Source: Flavobacteriales bacterium
GTDB taxonomy: Bacteria; Bacteroidota; Bacteroidia; Flavobacteriales_D; CAJJDF01
NCBI GenBank assembly: GCA_023255335.1
Contig: JALRIS010000156.1
Location: 1-45,459, forward strand
DNA: 45,459 nt
Direction: 5' to 3'
This document shows, piece by piece, positions 19,276-28,962 of the stretch. The translations under genes and the position numbers were made by a program. The stretch's first letter is position 1. Every line of letters begins with the position of its first letter. The notes beneath the pieces are model-generated. The model ran no database searches. It was not told where the DNA came from and was given only the letters and a program-made list of their open reading frames with translations.

Positions 19276-20355
19276 TTACTGAACTACCAGTTTTTTGACG
19301 ACCGTATTTTCTTTACTCGTAATCTTTAACACAAGCACACCGCAGGGTAATCCGGAGATGTTAAGGGTGTTTTCCGAATTGTTTTCCTTGGTGTATCCCG
19401 AAACTTCTTTTCCCAAAAGGGTGAAGATAGACACCGCGTCAATAGGAAATTCATTTGTAATCTGAACGGATTGGTTCACAGTTGGGTTAGGGAAAATGCT
19501 TAGGTTGGCAAGACGATTTTCTGAAACTGAAACATTTGGCAATGTGCTAGTCCATATTTGTGTTACCCATTCTGGATGATCAATGTAGGGGTTACGATTT
19601 CCTTGATACGTGTAAGAAGCATTATTTCGTACAATTTCTCTTGGATTTACAGTGTCTTGCAAATGCCATTTTACAAGTAAATTAACAAACCACTGATCGT
19701 AAACCTGAGTAGAAGTTCCGTTTAGCGGTCCCCAGCTCCAAGATGACACTTGGCTTTCGTATCGAGTTGCAAAATACAACATACAACGCGCTATGTCACC
19801 TTTAAATTCGTCTATCGGTTCGAATACTAAATTGGAATATCCGGGAAAAGAGCAAGGGCCTTTTTTAGAACCATTGATGCTGGTCCAAGTAGAAGAGGTA
19901 ACTTCGCCAAACGGCAAATTGCTCCGTTGACCATTTACGTACCCATCAGAAGGCACCACAAAATGAATGTCATTTTTCATTGGGCTGGCGCTATTGAATA
20001 CACTTTGTGGCATCAGGTGCTCACGATTGTAGCAATCGTCTTCGCTATTGTAGTTGCCACATTTTCTATTGTTATGGGTATAAAAGTACGTGTCTACCCC
20101 ATTTGGGTTTTCGGAGTACATGTCCAACACAGTACCGTCATTGTCATAAAAATTATCGGCATCAGCAGTCACATAACCCGAATACAAATTTCCGTATCCT
20201 CTATCAGTATGACCGTTTGTAATAATTGTTTTGAGAGCAGTTTTCAGAGGGTAACCCGACAAACCAACAGCTGTATTATAGTATCCAGGAGGGATTTGAC
20301 CTTCTCCGCGAAACACAAATAAACTGATGGTAAGTATCAAAAAAAATTCTCTCAT
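19276..20355 (-). CDS. endonuclease I family extracellular nuclease with a T9SS C-terminal sorting domain
   Basis: NREHLMPQS active-site-like motif of Endonuclease_1/Bsn-type nucleases. C-terminal LSIFPNPT...VLKITSKENTVVKKLVVQ. ATG 20355 (MREFFLILTISLFV signal) is preferred over TTG 20373. Confidence 0.8.
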   Translation of the reverse strand: MREFFLILTISLFVFRGEGQIPPGYYNTAVGLSGYPLKTALKTIITNGHTDRGYGNLYSGYVTADADNFYDNDGTVLDMYSENPNGVDTYFYTHNNRKCGNYNSEDDCYNREHLMPQSVFNSASPMKNDIHFVVPSDGYVNGQRSNLPFGEVTSSTWTSINGSKKGPCSFPGYSNLVFEPIDEFKGDIARCMLYFATRYESQVSSWSWGPLNGTSTQVYDQWFVNLLVKWHLQDTVNPREIVRNNASYTYQGNRNPYIDHPEWVTQIWTSTLPNVSVSENRLANLSIFPNPTVNQSVQITNEFPIDAVSIFTLLGKEVSGYTKENNSENTLNISGLPCGVLVLKITSKENTVVKKLVVQ

Positions 20356-20365
20356 AGCGCTTTTT

Positions 20366-21784
20366 TTAGTCAATATAGCTCAGTTTAAGCATGTTTGTTT
20401 TTCCGCTTTCTTCTAGCGGAATACTGGCTGTATTAATGATTAAATCTCCCTGTTTTACATATCCTTCTTTTTTTAGGATATAATGAATATCCGCAATGGT
20501 GTGGTCTGTACTCACCATCTTGTCGTAAAAAAAAGTTCTTACTCCCCACACTAAACTTAATTTTGTGAGAAGTTCTTTATTTCCAGAGAATACAAAGATA
20601 GAGGCTTTTGGTCGTTTTGACGAAATTTTGAAGGCGGTATATCCCGAAAATGTCATGGTTACAATTGCCGTGGCCTGGGTTTTGTCGGCTAAGTTACTAG
20701 CATTAAAACAGATAGAGTCTGTAATAAACCTTTCTGGGCTTCGCTCTGGATTTTTTTCTTGTAAAATTTCTTTGAACCTAAAATCTCCTGTTTCTTCCAA
20801 TATTTTGACTATCGCCTTAATGACGTAATTTGGATATTTTCCTACCGAAGTTTCTCCGCTCAACATTACTGCGTCCGCTCCATCCAGCACAGCATTTGCC
20901 ACGTCATTTACCTCGGCTCTTGTTGGCGTAGAAGACTCGATCATACTTTCCATCATTTGAGTAGCAATTACCACGGGCTTGGAGTATTTGATGCATTTCT
21001 CCACAATCATTTTTTGAACAATCGGTACTTTTTGCATTGGAATTTCTACCCCTAAATCTCCTCGTGCTACCATAATGGCATCGGCCTCTTTAATGATTTC
21101 TTCGATATTTTCAACGGCCTCCGGCTTTTCAATTTTGGCAATTACCTTGGCCTTTTTGTTTTTAGCTGCTATCATCCCCTTCAGTTCGATGATATCTCTT
21201 GCCGATCTAACAAAAGAAAGCCCTATCCAATCTATGTCTTGCTCCAAAGCAAATTCTAGATCTACTATATCTTTTTCGGTGAGGGAAGGTAAAGATATTT
21301 CTGTATTCGGTAAGTTTACTCCTTTGTTTGACTTCAAAATTCCTCCCTGCGTTACTTTTGCTCTCACGGTATCTTTTCCGTTTGTTTCCAAAATTTCTAA
21401 CTCCAGCTTTCCATCGTCCAATCGAATGAACTCTCCTTTTTTCACATCATTAGCGAAGTTTTCGTAGTTCATGTAAACTTTATCGGCTGTACCGATACAT
21501 TTTTCGTTTGTAAATACAATTTCCTTTCCTTCAATTAATAAAATATTGTCTTCCATTTTTCCTACACGGAGTTTTGGCCCTTGTAAATCGCCCAAAGTAG
21601 CAATGTGAGTTCCTTTTTCTTTGTTTATCTCTCTAATGTTTTGGAGCACTTTCAAGTGATCTTCGTGGGAACCATGCGAAAAATTTAATCGACACACATT
21701 CACTCCCAAGTCGATAATGGATCCCAGCATTTCTCTCGATTCGGTTGCAGGTCCAATAGTCGCTATTATTTTCGTTTTTCTCAT
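20366..21784 (-). CDS. pyk: pyruvate kinase
   Basis: MRKTKIIATIGPA, NFSHG, MVARGDLGVEIP and ATQMMESM motifs. 472 aa. Confidence 0.95.
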   Translation of the reverse strand: MRKTKIIATIGPATESREMLGSIIDLGVNVCRLNFSHGSHEDHLKVLQNIREINKEKGTHIATLGDLQGPKLRVGKMEDNILLIEGKEIVFTNEKCIGTADKVYMNYENFANDVKKGEFIRLDDGKLELEILETNGKDTVRAKVTQGGILKSNKGVNLPNTEISLPSLTEKDIVDLEFALEQDIDWIGLSFVRSARDIIELKGMIAAKNKKAKVIAKIEKPEAVENIEEIIKEADAIMVARGDLGVEIPMQKVPIVQKMIVEKCIKYSKPVVIATQMMESMIESSTPTRAEVNDVANAVLDGADAVMLSGETSVGKYPNYVIKAIVKILEETGDFRFKEILQEKNPERSPERFITDSICFNASNLADKTQATAIVTMTFSGYTAFKISSKRPKASIFVFSGNKELLTKLSLVWGVRTFFYDKMVSTDHTIADIHYILKKEGYVKQGDLIINTASIPLEESGKTNMLKLSYID

Positions 21785-21796
21785 TTTTATATAGTT

Positions 21797-22210
21797 TTAA
21801 AACAGTAAATTCTCTTTTGACTTCAAGGTATTAACATCCAGTTCAAAGGCTGTTAATACAACATTAATTTTCCTAATTTCTCTCATCATTTCATTAATCT
21901 CAAGATAATTATAATCGTACAGCATAAGGAAAAAGTCAGCCGCTTTTTTTTCGGGAACCAAATAGCTTCCTCCACTTTTGTTTCCTATCAATCGCACATC
22001 TCTTTCTTCCAAATCGTCTTGATAAAAATACATAGAAAACTCCTTGATGCCTGATTTTTTCGAGGAAAACACCACCTCTTCTTCTTTTACCAAGTTGATG
22101 TCAAATTTTTTGTTCAACTCCCAAGACAATCTGTAATCCTTGGCATGCGAACTTATTCCAATCAACTGGAAGTCGTATTCAAAATCCGCCAGAAGAATCA
22201 TTTTACTCAT
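21797..22210 (-). CDS. IPExxxVDY family protein
   Basis: DFQLIGISSHAKDYRLSWELNKKF...YLVPEKKAADFFLMLY matches the family pattern as I recall it. ATG 22210 (MSKMILLADFEYDF) is preferred. The 57-codon Ser-rich upstream extension to 22381 is rejected. Confidence 0.7.
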   Translation of the reverse strand: MSKMILLADFEYDFQLIGISSHAKDYRLSWELNKKFDINLVKEEEVVFSSKKSGIKEFSMYFYQDDLEERDVRLIGNKSGGSYLVPEKKAADFFLMLYDYNYLEINEMMREIRKINVVLTAFELDVNTLKSKENLLF

Positions 22211-22286
22211 AAGGATTATAAATTTAGAATTATTTATCTTAAGCAAAGATATAAAGTTGTTTCGGGTATTTGTATTAAATTCGTGA

Positions 22287-22794
22287 ATAGAAGAGTTTTT
22301 AAAAGAAAAAATAGAAGAGCTTACGTTCGAATCGGTAGAGGCGAGTGAATCGCTTAAAGAGTCGGGGATTTTGGACTCCATTAAAATGGTAGATTTGGCC
22401 GTATTTATCGAGGAATAATGAGGTGTCTATCCCTTTCAACCAGATAAAACTAAACGGATACCGCATAGAACTAGATGAGATAAATGAAAAAATTCTGTCG
22501 ATGGAAGGCATAAACGAAGCCAGAACCATTGGGCTCAAGAGAAATGAAAAAGTGGTTCGGATCGTGTCGCTGGTTCAATCTGCCAAAACGATAGATGTTA
22601 CCAAACTCAAATAGACACTCTCTTAACTTCTGCCTCATTACATGGTGCCTTCCGATTATGTACAAGTAGCAGATTTTCCCAAAAACCCAAGCGGAAAAAT
22701 AGACCGAAATGGGCTTCAAGAGTTTTATTTGACCCAAAAAAACCACAAAAAAAATAAGCCGAAAGAGAACCTTCGGCTTATTTGTATGGGATAG
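22287..22794 (+). pseudogene. 3'-terminal remnant of an adenylate-forming (ANL superfamily, DltA / NRPS A-domain-like) enzyme gene
   Basis: Frame 1 reads ...NQIKLNGYRIELDEINEKILSMEGINEA... (A8-like) then ...LLPHYMVPSDYVQVADFPKNPSGKIDRNGL (A9/A10-like). It is interrupted by in-frame TAG 22612-22614 and TAA 22624-22626. The upstream part (IEELTFESV...SIKMVDLAVFIEE, frame 0) ends at TAA 22416-22418 and needs a frameshift to join. About 1 kb of 5' coding sequence is missing. Confidence 0.6.
22747..22783 (-). terminator. Rho-independent terminator of typA (hairpin usable on both strands)
   Basis: Perfect stem TAAGCCGAA / TTCGGCTTA (22755-22763 / 22772-22780) with an 8-nt loop. On the minus strand it is followed by T8 (complement of A8 at 22747-22754). 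Starts 25 nt past the typA stop. Confidence 0.8.
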
Positions 22795-22807
22795 TGGAAA
22801 AGAAAAC

Positions 22808-24610
22808 TTAGTTTCTTCCCGCTCTTTTTCTTTCCGATTCTTTCAATAAGATTTTTCTCAATCTCAAGCTTTGAGGAGTTACCTCTACGTACTCATCTTC
22901 TTGGATGTATTCCAAGGCTTCTTCCAAAGAGAATTTGATTGGCGGTGCCAACTTCACTTTGTCATCTGCACCAGACGAACGCATGTTACTCATTTTCTTA
23001 GTCTTGGTTACGTTTACTGTAAGGTCGTTGTCCCTTGAGTTTTCACCAATTACTTGTCCTTCGTAAATTTCTTCGTTTGGTGCAACAAAAAACTTCCCTC
23101 TGTCTTGAAGGTTGTTTAGCGAAAAAGGAATAGCCTTTCCTTGCTCCAACGAAATCAATGAACCTGCCGATCTTCCTGGGATTTCTCCTTTGAAAGGTGC
23201 AAACTCTTTGAATCTGTGGTTCATGATAGCTTCTCCAGCAGTAGCAGTCAACAAATAATTTCGTAGTCCGATGATTCCTCTAGATGGAATTTCAAAATCA
23301 ATGGTTACACGGTCACCTTTTGGTACCATGTTGAGCATTTCTCCTTTTCTCATCGTTACCATTTCTATGGCTTTTCCAGAAACTACCTCTGGTAAATCTA
23401 TTGTCAATTCCTCGATTGGCTCGTGTTTCTTACCGTCTATTTCTTTAATAATTACCTGTGGCTGTCCAATTTGAAGTTCGTATCCTTCTCTTCTCATGGT
23501 TTCGATAAGTACCGACAAGTGAAGAATCCCACGTCCGAAAACCATAAACGAATCTGCCGAACCAGTATCTTTTACTTGCAATGCCAAGTTTTTCTCTAGC
23601 TCTTTGTCTAGTCTATCTTTGATGTGACGCGAAGTCACAAATTTTCCTTCTTTTCCAAAAAATGGTGAGTTGTTGATTGTAAACATCATACTCATGGTAG
23701 GCTCATCAATTTTGATGGTTTGCAATGCCTCTGGATTATCGATGTCGGCAATAGTATCGCCAATTTCAAACCCTTCGAGTCCTACCACTCCACAAATATC
23801 ACCTGTTTGTACTTCGGTTACTTTATTTTTGCCCATTCCTTCAAAAATAAATACCTCTTTTATTTTTGATTTTACGATGCTTCCATCTCTTTTTACCAAC
23901 GACACATTCTGTCCTTCTTTGATGGTTCCTCTCTGTAATCTTCCTACAGCTATTCGTCCTACATAGCTTGAGTAATCGAGTGAAGTAATCAACAATTGTG
24001 TGTTTCCTTCATCAAATTCTGGTGTAGGAATGTTTTCGAGTACACAATCCAACAATGGTGTGATGTCTTCGGTAGGTTGTTGCCAATCGGTGCTCATCCA
24101 TCCGTTCTTTGCCGACCCGTAGATTACTGGAAAATCCAGTTGTTCTTCGCTGGCACCCACACTAAACATCAAGTCAAATACTTTTTCGTAAGCGATGTCT
24201 GGAGTACAGTTTTCTTTGTCTACTTTGTTTACAACCACAATAGGTTTTAGTCCAGCCTCGATGGCTTTTTGCATCACAAATCTGGTTTGTGGCATAGGTC
24301 CTTCAAAGGCATCTACCAATAGCAAAACCCCATCGGCCATGTTCATTACACGCTCCACTTCTCCTCCAAAATCGGAGTGACCCGGAGTGTCAATGATGTT
24401 GATTTTTACGCCTTTGTAATTTACCGATACGTTTTTGGCAAGAATCGTAATTCCTCTTTCTCTTTCCAGGTCGTTGTTATCCATGATTAATTCTCCTGGA
24501 GTTTCGTGATCTGAGAATAGTTTTCCGGCCAAAATCATTTTATCTACGAGTGTAGTTTTCCCGTGATCTACGTGGGCAATGATGGCGATGTTTTTAATTT
24601 CTTGTGACAT
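22808..24610 (-). CDS. typA: translational GTPase TypA/BipA
   Basis: [12 protein letters not shown] (G1), [14 protein letters not shown] (G3), NKVD (G4). 600 aa with an EF-G-like domain order. Confidence 0.95.
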   Translation of the reverse strand: MSQEIKNIAIIAHVDHGKTTLVDKMILAGKLFSDHETPGELIMDNNDLERERGITILAKNVSVNYKGVKINIIDTPGHSDFGGEVERVMNMADGVLLLVDAFEGPMPQTRFVMQKAIEAGLKPIVVVNKVDKENCTPDIAYEKVFDLMFSVGASEEQLDFPVIYGSAKNGWMSTDWQQPTEDITPLLDCVLENIPTPEFDEGNTQLLITSLDYSSYVGRIAVGRLQRGTIKEGQNVSLVKRDGSIVKSKIKEVFIFEGMGKNKVTEVQTGDICGVVGLEGFEIGDTIADIDNPEALQTIKIDEPTMSMMFTINNSPFFGKEGKFVTSRHIKDRLDKELEKNLALQVKDTGSADSFMVFGRGILHLSVLIETMRREGYELQIGQPQVIIKEIDGKKHEPIEELTIDLPEVVSGKAIEMVTMRKGEMLNMVPKGDRVTIDFEIPSRGIIGLRNYLLTATAGEAIMNHRFKEFAPFKGEIPGRSAGSLISLEQGKAIPFSLNNLQDRGKFFVAPNEEIYEGQVIGENSRDNDLTVNVTKTKKMSNMRSSGADDKVKLAPPIKFSLEEALEYIQEDEYVEVTPQSLRLRKILLKESERKRAGRN

Positions 24611-24958
24611 GTAGTTAATCTAAATTTTGTGCAAAGGTAGTGTAATTGTTTACAATAGCATTAAATAGTCTGTTATTTGTCTTGCGAGGAACATAATATT
24701 TATGTAAACTTTTGATTCGGTCGCTCCAAAAGGAGGAAAGTATTACTTTTCTAAATAAGGTAAGTGTATTCCTTTGGTGAGGATTTTTTGCTTACGGATA
24801 TTCGGGGTTTCTTTTCCCTTGGAAAATGATTGTATGAATGAATTGGAATAAAATAGGTGGTGGAATGGAGGTAGTGTGTATCTTTGAAGCACAGAAAATC
24901 TCAAGACATGCACCCCGTTGGCACATTGTTTGAGAAAGTGATTTCAAAACACAACAGG

Positions 24959-25681
24959 ATGAAACAATTGATACTCATAAGCTTGAGCCTGCTAATGGTA
25001 GGCTGCGCTGGTAGAAAAAACATCTCGGTAGAAACCCGTACCGAAAGCCCAAAAAAAGAACTAGCCGTGACCGAAAGAATATTACTTATAAACAACTGTA
25101 AAGTGGATTGCCAAGGAGTGGCTCACATGAAATGTTTGGAAATATAAGAAGTGGTAGAAGGTGTAATTCCTGAGGTTTGGACAATGTTTTACGACCAGAT
25201 ACAAGGGTTTGACCACGAGCCAGGATACGTGTACAAACTAAGAGTAAATACAACCAAACTACCCAGAAAAGACGTGCCAGCTGATGCTTCCAACCTCAAG
25301 CACGAACTAGTAGAAGTGCTAGAAAAAACCTTGGCGGAGTTTTCGCCCATTGAGGGAAATTGGAAGGTTGTATCTATAAGAAATGCGGAAAGCAAAACGG
25401 TGAGCAAGGCATCGCCTTTCATGACATTGTCGCAAGGAAGAGTTAGCGGCTCGGATGGTTGCAACACGTATTTTTCGAGTTACAAAGAAGACGGCATTTC
25501 CATCAATTTTACTGCTTTTGGTTCTACCAAAATGGCGTGCATGGGCGAGGGACTGCAAGATTTATCCTCGGCACTCTTCAAGGCTTTTGAAGCTACCACG
25601 AGTTTCAAACTAAACGGAAACACCCTGAGTTTTTTGGACAAAAACCAGGCGGAAGTGATTAGGTTTGAGAAAGAGAAGTGA
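24959..25681 (+). pseudogene. DUF4377 plus META domain lipoprotein gene interrupted by one in-frame TAA
   Basis: MKQLILISLSLLMVGC lipobox. The DUF4377-like CKVDCQGVAHMKCLEI is followed by TAA at 25145-25147, then continues in the same frame with EVVEGVIPEVWTMFYDQIQGFDHEPGYVYKLRV. A META domain follows (GNWKVVSI...SGSDGCNTYFSSY...STKMAC). Confidence 0.7.
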
Positions 25682-25708
25682 TTAGAAATGAAATGTTAAC
25701 CATCACAC

Positions 25709-27652
25709 TCACTCTCCTTTCGCCTCTACCCAATCCCCATATTCTTTTATCAACCCAATCAGTTCGTCTAGGGCATCGTCTTCGGGGATGTTTTTCTTAA
25801 CGACAGTCTTCTCTTTGTATAGGGTGATTTTTCCTTTTCCTGTACCCACATATCCGTAATCTGCATCGGCCATTTCGCCTGGTCCGTTTACAATACAGCC
25901 CATAATTCCGATTTTCAAGCCCTTCAAATGACTTGTTCTCGCACGAATTTTGGCAGTGGTTTCTTGCAAATCAAACAAGGTTCTTCCACACGATGGGCAC
26001 GAAATGTACTCGGTTTTGGAGATTCTGGTACGAGTGGCTTGCAAAATTCCAAAAGCAACTTCGTTGATAAACTTATCGCCTCCGCAGTTTTCTGCTGCAA
26101 TAAACACTCCATCCCCCAATCCATCTACCAACAAACTTCCCATGTCAGCGCCAGCGTCTACTTGCAGCGACTCATTGTCGAGGTCTTTGTAGGCTCTGCC
26201 AATAACTACAGGAGTTTTGCAACCATAATGCATCAATCCATTAAAAATTTGTCGTTGCTCAGCCATTCCGTGTGCATTGTAGGTGTCAATCACCAATACC
26301 GCTGTAGCATCGTTCTTTAGTTTGTTGGCAAAATCTTCGGTCAAATCTGCCAAAAGCGCGTACACAAAATTTAGCTGTGGATGTTTTTCGCAGTCGGATA
26401 GGTAGGTTTTTGCATCCAAAAAAGGATAGGTTCTTGGTTTGTGTTTTTGGGTCAACCACGTACTGTATTCATTTACCAAACCTAATGTTCCTGGTATGTC
26501 AAAATTGATGGTGTTTTTGTTCAGGAAAATGTAATCACAAGCCTGGTCTGTCAAATTCCATTTGTCTAATTGTACAGAATAAGTATAGCCCAAACCAAAC
26601 AAATTAGCTGGTTTTATCTCTTTTTTGGAAGAAAAATCCGCCATGACAATCGGTACATTTCCCCCTCCAATATTCATTACTTTGTTGGTTTCGCGGTACG
26701 AATATTCAAAAGGATTGATGTAATTTGGGAAGGTAAACGGAAAGGGTTTGTGATTATCTCTGTTTTGGTAACGAGCCACTAATTTTTGCGCTACAGGAAT
26801 TTCGGCTTCCGCTTTTTCGGTGAGCGAAACTCGTATCGTATCACCAATTCCATCTTCGAGCAGAGCACCAATTCCCACAGCCGATTTTATTCTACCTTCC
26901 TCGGCTTCTCCGGCTTCGGTTACCCCCAAATGAAGAGGGTAGTTCATTCCATGTTCGAACATAGTTGCAACCAACAATCGGTACGCTTGCACCATCACTT
27001 TGGGGTTACTAGCTTTCATAGAAAGAACTAAATCATGGTAGTCTTGATCTCTACAAATACGGATAAATTCCATGGCAGATTCTACCATCCCGAGTGGAGT
27101 ATCACCATACCTGCTCAATATTCTATCGGACAAAGAACCGTGGTTTGTCCCGATTCTCATGGCTACTCCATTCTGTTTACACAAAAGGACTAGAGGCGTA
27201 AATTTACTACGGATTCTTTCCAGTTCTGCTTGGTACGATTCGTCTGTGTATTCGTATTCGTTGAATTGTTTTTTGTCGGCATAGTTTCCTGGATTCACTC
27301 TCACTTTTTCTACAATTCCTGCGGCCACTTCGGCAGCATTTGGGGTAAAGTGAATATCCGCCACCAATGGCACATCGTATCCTGCCTCGCGCACCAGTCG
27401 TTTTATTTCTCTCAGGTTTTCCGCATCTTTTTTGCTGGGAGCGGTGAGTCGCACAATTTCGCACCCTACTTTTGCCAAGCTTATCGTTTCTTCCACCGAT
27501 TTTTCGGTGTCCATGGTGTCGGCAGTAGTCATCGATTGCACACGGATGGGGTTGTTCCCTCCAATTCCAACTTCGCCTACTTTTACCTCTCGGGTGTTCA
27601 TTCGAGAGTAGTGAGTCGTGCTATCGCAATATGGTTTTTCGTGTTGTTTCAT
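25709..27652 (-). CDS. ispG: 4-hydroxy-3-methylbut-2-en-1-yl diphosphate synthase (flavodoxin), long insert-containing form
   Basis: TIM-barrel N-terminus (VQSMTTADT, RLTAPS), [4Fe-4S] ligand region ISCPSCGRT...GCIVNGPGE, and a large internal insert (647 aa). Confidence 0.95.
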   Translation of the reverse strand: MKQHEKPYCDSTTHYSRMNTREVKVGEVGIGGNNPIRVQSMTTADTMDTEKSVEETISLAKVGCEIVRLTAPSKKDAENLREIKRLVREAGYDVPLVADIHFTPNAAEVAAGIVEKVRVNPGNYADKKQFNEYEYTDESYQAELERIRSKFTPLVLLCKQNGVAMRIGTNHGSLSDRILSRYGDTPLGMVESAMEFIRICRDQDYHDLVLSMKASNPKVMVQAYRLLVATMFEHGMNYPLHLGVTEAGEAEEGRIKSAVGIGALLEDGIGDTIRVSLTEKAEAEIPVAQKLVARYQNRDNHKPFPFTFPNYINPFEYSYRETNKVMNIGGGNVPIVMADFSSKKEIKPANLFGLGYTYSVQLDKWNLTDQACDYIFLNKNTINFDIPGTLGLVNEYSTWLTQKHKPRTYPFLDAKTYLSDCEKHPQLNFVYALLADLTEDFANKLKNDATAVLVIDTYNAHGMAEQRQIFNGLMHYGCKTPVVIGRAYKDLDNESLQVDAGADMGSLLVDGLGDGVFIAAENCGGDKFINEVAFGILQATRTRISKTEYISCPSCGRTLFDLQETTAKIRARTSHLKGLKIGIMGCIVNGPGEMADADYGYVGTGKGKITLYKEKTVVKKNIPEDDALDELIGLIKEYGDWVEAKGE

Positions 27653-28822
27653 TTACTTGGTTGGGTTTGCGTACAATTTTATTTCTTCTGCTTGTATTTC
27701 CTGACCGCACAAAATCACGAGTCGTTCAACAATGTTTCTTAGTTCTCTAATGTTACCGGTCCAGTCAATATTCTGAAGTTCTGCGAGAGCTTCTTTCTCA
27801 AAAGTTTTTGTTGGAATTGCTTGTTCTTCGCAAATCTTGGAAATAAAATGATTGGCAAGAATTGGAATATCATCTTTTCGTTTGTTGAGCGAAGGGACAT
27901 GAATGAGTATAACAGCCAAACGATGGTAGAGATCTTCTCTAAATTTCTTTTCAGCAATTTCTTCTTTTAGATTTTTATTGGTAGCAGCAAGCACCCTCAC
28001 ATTTACTTTTATGTCCTTATCGCCACCAACACGTGTGATTTTGTGTTCCTGAAGAGCTCTCAATACTTTGGCTTGTGCCGACAAACTCATGTCGCCTATT
28101 TCATCTAAAAATATAGTTCCACCTTCCGCTTGTTCAAATTTTCCTTTTCGTTGTTTTATTGCTGAGGTAAACGCTCCTTTTTCGTGTCCAAATAACTCAC
28201 TTTCGATAAGTTCGGCAGGAATAGCGGCACAATTTACCTCGATAAAAGGAGCTTTAACTCTGTCGCTTTGTTCGTGTAATTGTCTCGCCACCAACTCTTT
28301 TCCGCTACCGTTTCCTCCTGTTATTAATACTCGTGCATCGGAAGGAGCTACTTTTTCAATCATTTCCTTGATGGCTAAGATTTCTTTCGATTCGCCAATG
28401 ATTTCTGTTGTTTTTCCCTTGTGAATTTTTCGTTTTAGTACTTTGGTCTCTTCCACCAAATCGCTTCTTTCAAAAGCATTTCTTATGCTAACAAGGGTTC
28501 TATTCAAGTCCAAAGGTTTTTGAATAAAATCATAAGCTCCCTTTTGTAAACATTCTACAGCTGTATCAATTGTTCCGTGACCAGAAATCATGATGACAGG
28601 AGAATCCACCGCTTTCTCTTGAAGCTTTTCCAACACCTCAACCCCATCCATTTCTGGCATTTTTATATCACATAAAATGACGTCATACTTGTTTTTTGTG
28701 GCTAATTCAAACCCTTGTTTGCCGTTTTCGGCATCGTCTACTTGGTAAGATTCGTTTTCCAAAATTTCTCGTAGTACACTTCTTATGGGTCGTTCGTCAT
28801 CAATTACTAATATTTTGGTCAT
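27653..28822 (-). CDS. sigma-54-dependent response regulator (REC plus AAA+), without a C-terminal HTH domain
   Basis: REC domain (VLCDIKMPEMDG), Walker A GGNGSGKE, GAFTSA sigma-54 contact loop, Walker B IFLDEIGDM, and RELRNIVERL near the end. Only 19 residues follow the AAA+ module. The stop TAA (27655-27653) abuts the ispG ATG (27652-27650). Confidence 0.85.
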   Translation of the reverse strand: MTKILVIDDERPIRSVLREILENESYQVDDAENGKQGFELATKNKYDVILCDIKMPEMDGVEVLEKLQEKAVDSPVIMISGHGTIDTAVECLQKGAYDFIQKPLDLNRTLVSIRNAFERSDLVEETKVLKRKIHKGKTTEIIGESKEILAIKEMIEKVAPSDARVLITGGNGSGKELVARQLHEQSDRVKAPFIEVNCAAIPAELIESELFGHEKGAFTSAIKQRKGKFEQAEGGTIFLDEIGDMSLSAQAKVLRALQEHKITRVGGDKDIKVNVRVLAATNKNLKEEIAEKKFREDLYHRLAVILIHVPSLNKRKDDIPILANHFISKICEEQAIPTKTFEKEALAELQNIDWTGNIRELRNIVERLVILCGQEIQAEEIKLYANPTK

Positions 28823-28962
28823 AAAAACATCGTTTTTTAGGTAATGTATAAAATTAAGCGTTTGTAGTTACTATCTCCAATTATTTGAAATTAATTCTTT
28901 TAATTCTTTACGAATAGTTTTACAAGAAGTACTAAATTGAAAAAAAATTTGTTTAAATAACC

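Noticed and set aside
21797-22381. Full 194-aa version of the IPExxxVDY ORF, and similar long N-terminal extensions (14490 TTG, 24884 TTG, 36751 ATG, 1084 ATG, 20373 TTG)
   Set aside because: The extensions are non-conserved and often start at TTG. They precede internal ATGs that give family-typical N-termini or proper signal peptides. The shorter starts are used instead.
22287-22415. Reading of this segment as an acyl/peptidyl carrier protein (SGILDSIKMVDLAVFIEE resembles the G-x-DS-(L/I) phosphopantetheine site)
   Set aside because: The same residues align colinearly with the ELT.E.F...Y.TGDL stretch that precedes the A8 core in adenylation domains. The downstream A8-A10 cores are unambiguous. 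A single-gene remnant is therefore more parsimonious, though a chimeric deletion product cannot be excluded.
24611-24958. 348-bp typA/lipoprotein divergent intergenic region as a possible riboswitch or sRNA locus (palindrome ACATAATATTTATGT at 24691-24705, short hairpin plus T6 near 24770-24800)
   Set aside because: There are no conserved riboswitch cores, no clear TAnnTTTG promoter, and stems of only 4-6 bp. Most simply this is a pair of divergent promoter/leader regions.
27230-27742. 170-aa ORF on the plus strand
   Set aside because: It is antisense to ispG and runs across the ispG/regulator junction. No recognisable domain. Shadow ORF.
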